Assembly (NCBI GenBank): GCA_037379345.1
Contig: CM074523.1
Span: 32,565,678 to 32,629,677, forward strand
Length of the DNA stretch: 64,000 nucleotides
Reading direction: 5' to 3'
From: Perna viridis
Taxonomy: Eukaryota
The notes below the pieces were generated by a model. The model saw nothing but the letters and a program-made list of their open reading frames with translations. It did not search any database and was not told the DNA's origin. The translations under genes were made by a program, and so were the position numbers. This document shows, piece after piece, positions 27,501-39,500 of this stretch. The stretch's first letter is position 1. Each line of letters begins with the position of its first letter.

Positions 27501-30500
27501 AACACTAAGTAACTAAAATCATACAAAGTAACAAAAGCAAATTAGGAACTCGGACTCCACTAAAACTGGGAGCATGGACCAGGTGCACCAATAGAGTAAG
27601 CGTCCTCTGCTTTTCTAGAAACACCCGCCAAGTTGCTCAGAAAAAGTCAAGTCCGGGGTAGACAAACTAGGAAAGGAAAACTATGACCTGAAATAAATCA
27701 GTTTTCATGGTGCAGATGGATACACCATAAAGTTCATGACGACGACCATAAAATATGCAACTATTTAGACAACAACACGTTGGTCAACTGCAATGGATAT
27801 TTTATTTATTCAGCCGATTGAAGATATGGTAGCCATAAACAAAAATATATTGGCAATATTTTTTGGTCAACTGTGATATGAAATTTTTTTTTTTTTTTTT
27901 TTTACAAAAATCAAGTTTATGGAAGCTGCACACTTTTGTCCATTGTTTACATTGAAACACATTAATGGCACCTTACATTTTGGGTCCTTAAAAAAAAGGC
28001 AACAGTAGTTGATAGTTAGACATAAACGTCTGAATTTTTTTCAATACAATAAACCACTGAATGTAAAAAATATATGAATCTTTGATACTTGTTCACTTGT
28101 CTGATCAATTTTATAGGCAATTCCACATCTGGCTACAGACTGTGCTCCAGAGGATTCTACTGCCCAGCTGGTACAGGCAGGAATGAATCAGCTTGTCCTG
28201 TTGGTACCTTCAGTAACCAACTCGGCCTAACTGACCAGTCAGAATGTCAGCAATGTACTGGTGGTATGTTCTGTGATAAAACTAATTTGACTTCACCAGC
28301 AGGGTCATGTGACCCAGGATACTATTGTACCATTGGTGTAGACACACCCACTCCAACAGGGAACCATACAGGAACTGGAGGAATTTGCCCACTGGGATAC
28401 AAATGTCCTGGTACTACTGTATTGCCTGAGGGCTGTGAACCAGGGACATATCAGGTATGAAAATTAGTTATGAAGTAAATGGCTTTGCTAAGGGCCAAAA
28501 AATGAAGAAATACTGCTCATGGATTTAAATTTAATTGAGGTAAATACTCTTTGTTGAAGATATATTTGACTGATTAAAATCATTTATTGCATTTTATTCA
28601 CACCCATGATATTGAATTTTGTTGTTAATTATTTCAATAATAGAAAAAAATTCTAGTATGTTGTAGAGCTGTCTTTTAAAGTCTAGTAAAAAAAACTAAA
28701 GCCATTCATTAAAAGTTGAGTGTTGGGTTATCAGGCAATTTTTAGCCCACCTGGCCATAGGCCATGTGAGTTACTGCCAACACATGGGGTCCATCGTTGA
28801 TAACAATTTTTCAAAACTCTTCTCCTCTGAAACTATTTGACCAATTACTACTTGGCATGAATGTTTCTTGGGGTATTCTTCATAGAAATAATGTGGGGAT
28901 TTTAGATCCATAATTCATTGGCACCATTACTAAAAATAGAACATAGGGGTCAGACAGAAGTTTTTCTCGTGTATCTCCAAAATCATTAGGCTAAGCCAAA
29001 TTCTTTCAATTTCCCAAATGATCCTTTTGACAAGGCCTACAAAAGTCTGCATTGGATCAAAGATGTTGGCCGACTCCTTGATAGAGTTATTATCCTTGAA
29101 AGGCAAAAAATTACCTTTTTTTTACTGTTTTTAGACAATATCTTGAAAACTACGATAGATAGAAGGAAACTTTCTATTGATTCTAATGATAAGGTTTACA
29201 AAAGTCTGCATTGGATCAAAGATGTCGGACGACCCCTTGTTATAACTATTGCCCTTGAAAGGTGAAAAATGATGTTTTAGCAGTTTTCAGCCAGTACTTT
29301 GAAAACTGTAATAAATAGAACAAAACTATCAATTGATGAAATGATCCTTATGATATGTTCTGCTTAAGTCTTCTTTTTATTCAAAGTTATCAGATAACTC
29401 CTTGTTAGAGCTGTTGCTCTTGAAAGGCAAAAATTGAACCAGGTGACAATTTAGGCTCCTGGGAGCCTCCTATTAGCATATATCTCCAAAATTGTTAGGT
29501 TTAACAAAATTTTGACATGGGGTAAAAGTGTTCAACATGATGAGATTTATCTGGGGTCAAGTTTTGGAGAAAATATGTTGACCTATGTTGGACTAATGGC
29601 CCTTTTTGGACATTTTTAGCTCACCTGTCTCTGGTCGTCATCGTCTGTCGTTGTCGTTAACAATTATACAAAACTCTTCTCCTCTGAAACTACTTGACTG
29701 ATTAGAACCAAACTTGGTATAAATGTTCCTTGGGGTATCCTGTATAGAACAGATGTGGGGGTTTTTGATTCGTCGAAAAACATGGCCGCCTGTACTAAAA
29801 ATAGACATAGGGGCCAGACAGTAGTTTTTCACATATATCTCCAAAGTCGTTAGGTTTAGCTGAATTCTGACAGGGTGTTTAGATCTATCTCTGGTCAAAT
29901 TTTGGTTTTAATCTGTTAAGCCATGTTGGAGTTATTGCTCTTTTTCAACGATTTTGGCTATTTTTAGTGTTGTTTCTTTCAAAAATCTTCTCCTCTGACA
30001 CTATTTGACCAATTCAAACCAAATTTGTAATGAATGTTCCTTGAGGTATCTTGCATAGAACTGAAGTGGGTATTTTTGATTTGTCGAAAGACATGGCCGC
30101 CGTTACTAAAAATAGAACATAGGGGTCAGACAGCAGATTTTTGCATATATCTCCAAAACCATTTGGTTAAGCTAAATTTTGACTGGGTCAAAGTGTTCAG
30201 CATGATGACATCTATAACTGGTCAAATTTTGGTTTTAATCCGTTAAGCCATGTTGGAGTTACTGCCCTTTTTCAACAGTTTTTGCTATTTTTAATGTTAT
30301 TTTTTTTAAAATCTTCTCCTCTGACACTACTTGACCAATTGAAACTAAACTTGAAATGAATGTTCCTTGGGGTATGCTACATAAAATATGTTTTTGTTGA
30401 CCTATGTTGGAGTTATGGCCCTTTTTGGACTTTTTTTTGTTGTTGCTATTTTTGATTTCATGGCCTTAGAGACTACTGTACAGAATTCAATATATGTAAG

Positions 30501-33500
30501 TTGTTCCTTAGGGTAGCCTGCACAAAATGATTGTCGGGATTTTTTATCCATGAAAAAATATGGCCACTTTAACAAGAAATTGAATGTAGCTTAGGAAAAC
30601 AGGTGAGCGATTCAGGCTGTTCAGAGCCACTAGTTTATAAAAACCAAGTAGGGAGTCATTTCTTTCTAATTTGGTTCCAAAAAAGTATTTAGGGAGATGG
30701 TTTTTTGTTTATGTTTTTTCTTTTTATGTTACGGCCATGAAAATGACATTAATGCATCCTATAATGAGACAATGGGAACCAAGAAATTATTTTCACTTGG
30801 CCTAATGAAGTATATAATAAATCAATAGCATTACAATTTGATCTATTTATAGGACCAAGAAAACCAAGCCAGATGTAAGCCATGCTTAGCAGGTTACTAT
30901 TGTGTATCTAACAGTACAGCTGCCGATCAGATCTGTCCATCAGGACATTACTGCCCAGCGTCAACGGAATATGACATCCAGTATAAATGTCCAGTCGGAA
31001 CCTTCAATAATTTGACAGGTAAGGTCAAAGATCACTTGCAGCCATTGTAGTTAATGAAAAATCTATTTCTTTCTAAAATAAGAGGTTGAAGTCTTAAAAT
31101 GTTTAAACATTATCTTTTGTAAGGGTAAAATGTATGGAAAGTTGAAAATTTTAAATGGGGCATACAAACTATGTGCAAGAAGCTTATAGATTTTTCAAAA
31201 ACTTTCTGAATTTCCTACAACAAATGAGAAACTTCAGTGCTGTAGTAAATTTTCTGGGAACTAAGGTTACAACATTATAATGTTGGTACTAACATGGTGA
31301 TGTTTGTTCTCAATCATTTAATACATGTTATGGAATCTCTTCTCAAACTGTAACCTCATGATTTGTTTATCTACAGGTCAAGCCAATGATTCAGCTTGTG
31401 AACCTTGCACACCAGGCCATTACTGTGGATCTCCAGGACTTTTCATGCCAACTGACATGTGTGATCCTGGATGGTACTGTACTCTAGGCTCTGCCTTAGC
31501 CCAACCCACTTCACCAGAAGGAGGAAAATGTGTAGCAGGTCAATACTGCCCACATGGAAGCTCCACCCCATTAGGTTGTGACCCTGGAAAATACTGTGAC
31601 ATTGACATGATGGACAGCCCAAAAGGAGATTGTGCTGCTGGTTATTATTGTAGCAGTAACTCGTCAATCGACAAACCAACAGGAACAGGAGGTAAGATAA
31701 CTGTAAATTGATACAGGACAAAGTCCTCAAGACATTGATCTACATTTACTGGATTACTTGTCATTATGTATCAAAACATGAAGATGATGCAGGACTGCCT
31801 TTAGAATTGTGCATCTTTTATAGGGACTGAGCATTAATGGCATCCTTTATGTGTAGATGCTCTGAAAACATAAGTGCTAAAAATCACTCTGTTGGAAGTG
31901 ACGTATTTCAGAAATGACTTATGCGGTTAGAAAGTGATTATTTGAACTATAAATGCAGATGTACAGCATGTTTTATAGACTGTCTCGCATATTCAGGTTG
32001 ATTTAGACATCAGAGGTATAAAAGGTGGTCAGCAATGTCAAATGTTATTAAAGTAGCAATTGCTCTGTTTCTCATGGGCAAAGCTTAAAATCCATTTATA
32101 AAACAGTAATGAATTGTTACTATATTCTGTGAATTCAAGTTTTGAGGTCTCTCTTTTACTACAATATGATCCAAAGTTGTTGAAGTATTTATTTTATGCA
32201 GGTCTTGTGGTTGACCAAAATTTTACAGGTAGTTTTTGAACTACTTCCTTCTATAACGTGCCAGATAATATACAAGTGGTGTATTATAGGTGACCGCTGC
32301 CCACCGGGATATTATTGTGAAGCTGGCTATTCTACCCCTAGCCCATGTCCTCCAGGATACTTCCAGCCAAGCTACAGAGCTGAGAATGTGACATGGTGTA
32401 TACTGTGTACTGGAGGAAAATACTGCAATGCTTCTGGTCTGTCTACTGAGGATGGAGATTGTGATGCAGGTAGGAAAGATTACTTAGAAGTAGGATAAAT
32501 GAACGGAAAATGCCTTTATCTCAAAAGAAAAAAACAATTATTTTCTGTAAAAATGATTAACTCTTGCAAGTTTATTTTACCACATTGACATGAAAGGTCA
32601 AATGTCATATCTACAATGTTCACGTGTTTCAGAATTATCTAATCTGTTTTGTCCCATTATAGGTTACTACTGCCCAGAAGGACAAATTGTGAGAAACCCC
32701 TCAGCCTACCTCTGTTCGGCTGGCTACTTCTGCCAAACTGGCTCCCCCTCTGAGACGTTATGTCCATCAGGCAGCTACCAAGATGAGGCAGGACAATCCA
32801 CATGTAAGAACTGCCCTGAAGGATTCTATTGTGATAGCTCTGTAGGACCAATTGTTAATTACACACTTTACAGCTGTCCTGAGGGCCACTACTGTCCTAA
32901 TGGTACTAAGGTGGCGACTGAGTTCCCATGTCCTGCTGGTACTTTTACCAACCAAACTGGTCTTGGATCTGACAGTGAATGCTCTGACTGTCTAGGTAAG
33001 TCATCTTCATTTATTGTACCCCTACTCTTTATGTGCTATTACTTTATTTTACCCCTACTCCTTATGTGCTATTACTTTATTGTACCCCTACTCTTTATGT
33101 GCTATTACTTTATTGTACCCCTACTCTTTATGTGCTATTACTTTATTGTACCCCTACTCTTTATGTGCTATTACTTTATTGTAATGTGCTATTACTTTAT
33201 TTTACCCCTACTCTTTATGTGCTATTGCTTTATTGTAATGTGCTATTACTTTATTGTACCCCTACTCTTTATGTGATATTACTTTATTTTTCTTAAATGC
33301 TGCTTACTTCCACCCAAACGTGTCATTCAATTTGTAAGGAGAAAATATATTTTTTCTGTTACAGTGGAAAGGGATCATTTCTGTTCAATTTTTAGGAAGG
33401 AATTTTGTATCTTATTTTCTACCTGAAGGTCTCCATGTTGGATATTATCTGGTCAGATTCATTTTGTAATATTGGGTGGAGTCTAACTTCTATGTTAGTT

Positions 33501-36500
33501 TGCATGTGGTCATTTCATTTATAAATTAGTGTGTTTTATACAGGTAGCTTTTATATTTTAAAAGTAACTCTTTGATTTGAATCTCTGATAAGAACAGGAT
33601 GTACTCTTCTACCATTAAACTAAAAAAACACAGTATATAAATACAGAAACTATTCAAATCTTGAATTATTGCAAATCAATCATTTTAAAAAAGCTAATTT
33701 TGAGTCACACCTTAAAAGGATTTGATAATAGGAAACTAAACCACTGTACAGAAACATTTTGATAAGTAACAATTTTTCTTGTTTTAGGAGGGTACTACTG
33801 TACCAGTGGCACCACAAATCCAAATCTCCCCTGCAGCGAGGGATATTACTGTAGGTCTGGGGCAATGACAGCTGCACCCACCCAGGGCATCAATGCTGAC
33901 GAGTGCCCTGTAGGTCATTATTGTCCTCAGCAGACAACAGAGCCGATTGCCTGTCCAAGAGGAACATTCTCAAACAACGTGAGACTTAGGAATGAGACAG
34001 ACTGTACTCCTTGTACTAAAGGTATGCATATTTAATACTCTAAACAAATTGATATTGGTGGTGTATTAATTTTCGCAATTTTCACTCTAGACAGAAAAAA
34101 TGTACCCAGGAAATTGACTTTTAACACTAAAAAGGCTTTTCATTTTTTTAAAATTGCAAAATTTGGTATCTGTGAATATGTTGGTGAGGGGACATGGAAA
34201 TGCCAGTTGTCTGTTAGTCTGCAAATTCCACACTTTTTAATTTGTCATGGTTTTACGAAATAAGTTTTTTTTTTGGTATGTTGCCTTATTATGAAGAGTT
34301 ACAGATTAAGTTTGACTTTGGTTACGGTTGATTGATTTTTATGGAAGTTATGGCCCTTGGACTTAGAAAATTGCCGTGAATTTACAGTTTTCTGCTCTTT
34401 TTATTTAATGCTTTTACCAATTGATTTCATATTTTGTATGTAGTCTTACTATGAGAAGTTACAGGTTAAGTTCGACTATAGTTATGGTTGAATGATTTTT
34501 ACGGAAGTTACAGCCCTTGGACTTAGAAAATGTCATTGAATTTAAAGTTTTCTGCACTTTTTTTTACATGGGGGACATTGGAACGCTATTCTTTTATTTT
34601 TTTAAATTTCTAACAGGCTCCTACTGTAATGACACTGCTCTGACTGCACCAACTGGCCTGTGTACTGCTGGATACTTCTGTGTTGTCGGATCAGACAACC
34701 CAACCCCTGAAATCTGTACTGCTGGTAGATACTGTCCTGAGGGATCTCACACACCAACAAGATGCCCAGCGGGAACTTTCTCCAACACAACAGGACTAAC
34801 TGCAACATATGAGTGTACAAACTGTACAAAGGGATCATATTGTATGTCAACAGGATTGACAGATGTTGAAGGAAACTGTACACAGGGTTATTACTGTCCT
34901 GAAGGTAAATTTTAAGGAGCTTGTGGTCCTTGACTCATTGACTCATACTTTTGGTATTGTAATTGTTTTTTGCAGCATATAATGCATGATTTTGCCCTTT
35001 TTGAAGTATTCTTTTTAAAAACCATAAAACTATAGATATTTATAAGTTTTATAAGGCCTTAACCACTCCCCTTGACAGACACTTGTGCATGTTGTAACTA
35101 ACTTATGGATAAGACCTTCTTAAAAATCCTGATGAAAAAAATCTTACAAAAGGGTTTTTATCTTATTTTTTTCTTTTTTTTCAGGTTCTGACCAACACAA
35201 TGAGATAATCTGCCCCATAGGACTCCATTGTCCAGAAGGCAGTGATGAGCCAAGATCTTGTTCTTCTGGATATTTTACAAATAAAACTGGGGAATGGCAG
35301 TGTGATATCTGTCCCAATGGGTTAGTATATATTTCACATATAAAACGAGAATGGTGGTATGACATTTGTCTGGATGGGTTAATACATGTATATATTTCAC
35401 AGGACTGGGGAATAGCAGTGTGACATCTGTCTGGATGGGTTAGTACATGTATATACTTCAGTCAGGATGGGTTAGTACATGTATATACTTCACAGGACTG
35501 GGGAATGGCAGTGTGACGTCTGTCTGGATGGGTTAGTACATGTATATACTTCACAGGACTGGGGAATGGCAGTGTGACGTCTGTCTGGATGGGTTAGTAC
35601 ATGTATATACTTCACAGGACTGGGGAATGGCAGTGTGACGTCTGTCTGGATGGGTTACTACATGTATATACTTCACAGGACTGGGGAATGGCAGTGTGAC
35701 GTCTGTCTGGATGGGTTAACACATGTATATATTTCACAGGACTGGGGAATAGCAGTGTGACATCTGTCTGGATGGGTTAGTACATGTATATACTTCAGTC
35801 AGGATGGGTTACTACATGTATATACTTCACAGGACTGGGGAATGGCAGTGTGACATCTGTCTGGATGGGTTAGTACATGTATATACTTCAGTCAGGATGG
35901 GTTACTACATGTATATACTTCACAGGACTGGGGAATAGCAGTGTGACGTCTGTCTGGATGGGTTAGTACATGTATATACTTCACAGGACTGGGGAATGGC
36001 AGTGTGACGTCTGTCTGGATGGGTTAATACATGTATATACTTCACAGGACTGGGGAATGGCAGTGTGACATCTGTCTGGATGGGTTAGTACATGTATATA
36101 CTTCAGTCAGGATGGGTTACTACATGTATATACTTCACAGGACTGGGGAATAGCAGTGTGACGTCTGTCTGGATGGGTTAGTACATGTATATACTTCACA
36201 GGACTGGGGAATGGCAGTGTGACGTCTGTCTGGATGGGTTAATACATGTATATACTTCACAGGACTGGGGAATAGCAGTGTGACATCTGTCTGGATGGGT
36301 TAGTACATGTATATACTTCACAGGACTGGGGAATGGCAGTGTGACGTCTGTCTGGATGGGTTACTACATGTATATACTTCACAGGACTGGGGAATGGCAG
36401 TATGACAATAATGTATTTACTATTCTTTAATGCTGAAGTTCTACAATGTCATTGACTTCTATGTTTTACAATGACATTGACATTACATGTTCCATTAGAA

Positions 36501-39500
36501 CATAGTGCATACAGTATCTATAAAAATTTAATTATGAGAGACTTTATGCAAGGCAAGATATTAAAAAACTATTTTTATCTTTCCCCAAGTATCAAAAGGG
36601 GAATGATTATAGTGAAATTCAACAAATGGCATATAGCCATTATACAAAATACATTTAGAGATCTTCAGATAGAAAACCTCTTTACTTAGATATAATATTT
36701 ACCAATTGAAAATGGAGGAAAATCTGGTTTTTTTTATTGTTTCCAAAAACTGGTTTCTGAACTTCATTCTTTTTCCAAACAATCCATATGACTGTATATG
36801 CCATACTATTTTAGGGGAATTTTTACCTCAGTTCTTCTGTCTCATTTCAGTTTCTACTGTCTGCCAGAGAATGTAACAGCTGGTGTCCCTACATCTGGGT
36901 ATTTCGACTGTCCAGCAGGATATTACTGTCCACAAGGAACTGGATTGGACTGGCAGCCATGTCCTAAAGGAACCTACAGCACCAAGACCAACATATACAT
37001 GGTAAGTTTATTTTGCTTAGCAGCTCCAGAAAATGTTGAAAATTAAATTTGTGAAATTTCATATTCATTCTTAGCAATATGATAGTAGTTTAGTACATTG
37101 TAAACTTATTGAATTTTCATGTTTGCTTATTTAAATTGTTTGTCAAATGACATATGTTCTTGGGTATTAATTTTAATTTTGGAGATTATGAAATATTTGA
37201 TAGAATGAAATTGGACTTTTGCTAGAACTGTTTTCTTCATTATTTGTCTACCACAAATATTAGCAAAAAATAAGTACACTAGAAATAATTTCACCCGTTC
37301 AGTTTTCTTTTCCAGTAAATGGGTACTGTACACATATTGTTTGCAGTATAGGGTGCAAAAGTAACACAATAAGATATGCCACCCAAGACATAGTTGAGGG
37401 TGATATACTGTCTGAGTGTGTTACTCTGTGTATCACCCTCTGCTGCAGGCAGGGTGATATACTGTCCGAGTGTGTTACTCTGTGTATCACCCTCTGTATT
37501 ACATTGTACTGATTACATTTTGTACATCACACTTTTATGTACACTATTGTAACCTTTTAGAAACTTAAGTATAATTGTTATAAAACCTCAGATATAGTGA
37601 ATGTCAAACTGGAATGAAATTTTTAAGTATTTTAACATTTAAATAAATCAACAATAGCTAAATAACAAAAAGGAACACTTCCACTATTCATTTTTCTAAT
37701 TAAAGTCATCTTATATTAAAATTAAAAGGATGCACATATGGAAAAGTAAAAACATTTCTGGTCGAGAGGGAGATTTATTGGAGTGACATATCGTAACTAC
37801 CAAGTTTTTAGGGAACTAGAATTGAATAGACCAAATTAACACCTGATGATTATCCAACAGAAACTTGTGATTTTTTTGTATGAAGTATAATATATGGTTA
37901 TTTTATTTACACTGGGATAAATGAGTATTGATTTTCTTTGATTTTCACAATTAACCTTTTAAAAATTAGTGCATATAATTCCCTATATTAATGATTATTT
38001 GTAGCAATTTGTGTTGTCCAATTTTAAAAGTTTGTGATTTCAAAACTTATAGCCGTTTGAAATTTCTTCCTATTTTTTCATGGAGATAATTATCTTTTCT
38101 CTAGCTTACTCATTGCACTGATTGTGATGGAGGGAGGTTCTGCTCAGAAGAGGGAGCCACCAGTACTACCGGAGATTGTGCTGCTGGATATTATTGTCAA
38201 TCAGGTGTTGACAGACCAAATCCAGATAACTCTGCCACAAACAGCTCATATCCTCCAACCTGTCCTCTTATTGGTGGTCACACAGGTAACAAATTACCTC
38301 CCTTTTAAGTTCCATACCTTAATGCTTTGTCACATTGTAAGTGCTGTCACAACTACATTTCTCATAAAATTTATACCAAAGCTTGCTATCACTAAGACTG
38401 GACAATTTTTAAAAAAATGCCACCTGGATAATTTTTGTGGCAATTATGCCACTTTGATTATCGAAAACCTGGCACATGCAGGAGGCATGGAACTTAAATT
38501 ATTTATTTTGCTCCAGAACAGAGTTATTTCCCTCGACAATGTTGAAATCTATTAAAAAATCATATTATAAAATATGACAATATAGCATACAGCTTTACAA
38601 GAAGCTCTGAAATTACATCATCTGATGATTTCTTCTTTTCTGCAATTCACAAAAAGTTGTAATGAAGCTTGGCAAATGGACCAAAGTACATGTACTAATA
38701 TGCTACAAATCTCCTAGTATCCAAAAATTCAGATGGTGTTGTACAAAACCTTTAGTAAAGAGGCACCATGTTTTTCAAAAGATTTTTAATCATTTGGAAA
38801 AAAAGTTAAAAATGTCCTGTTTCTGTTACAGAAGAAGTTCTTAAATATGTTAATAGTGAAGGCATCATATGTAATGCCAGTTTCCCATTTATGTTGCAGG
38901 ATATGGAGATGTCTGTCCTCCAGGCTACATGTGTCCAACTGGCAGTGAACTTCCTGTAGAGTGTGGTGCTGGAACATACCAAGATGAACCTGGAGCAAGC
39001 GATTGTAAGACCTGCCCAGCAGGGTTCTACTGTACAACCAACTCCACCGATTTCTCCGACAAGCCTTGCCCGGCTGGATACTACTGTCCTAATGGCACCA
39101 CCCATGCCCATCAATATCCATGTCAGAAAGGATCATACAATCCAGCCATTCAACAGACGAACAGCTCATCGTGTGTTCTTTGTGATGGAGGCAAATATTG
39201 CCCAGTAGATGGAGCTGATTCACCAGCAGGCAACTGCAGGTAGGCAACATTTTAGATATTTTCATCAATGAAATATTAATCTCTGTAAACGCTTATTATT
39301 TTATGCTGATAAGCAATAAGCAAAAAAGTTCCTGAAAATTGGAGAATTACTCCAAGAACCCAAAATAAAGTCTCTGCTAAAATTACATGATTTACTGAAT
39401 AATATCTCCACTCATTAAAGTTGGCCTATATTGCCATTGTTTTGTCCATCTGTCCATTACACTTTTCTATAACAGATTTCTCAGCTTCTATTGGTGTATA

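Noticed and set aside
35341-36407. CRISPR-like appearance of regular repeat arrays (also 21896-22394, 48590-49091, 59750-59988)
   Set aside because: Units are head-to-tail with no unique spacers, there are no cas genes, and the context is eukaryotic introns.
38786-39114. Antisense and alternative-frame ORFs overlapping exons (e.g. 38806..39114 -, 57582..57962 -, 7837..8376 +)
   Set aside because: Shadows of the real coding frame with no recognisable motifs.
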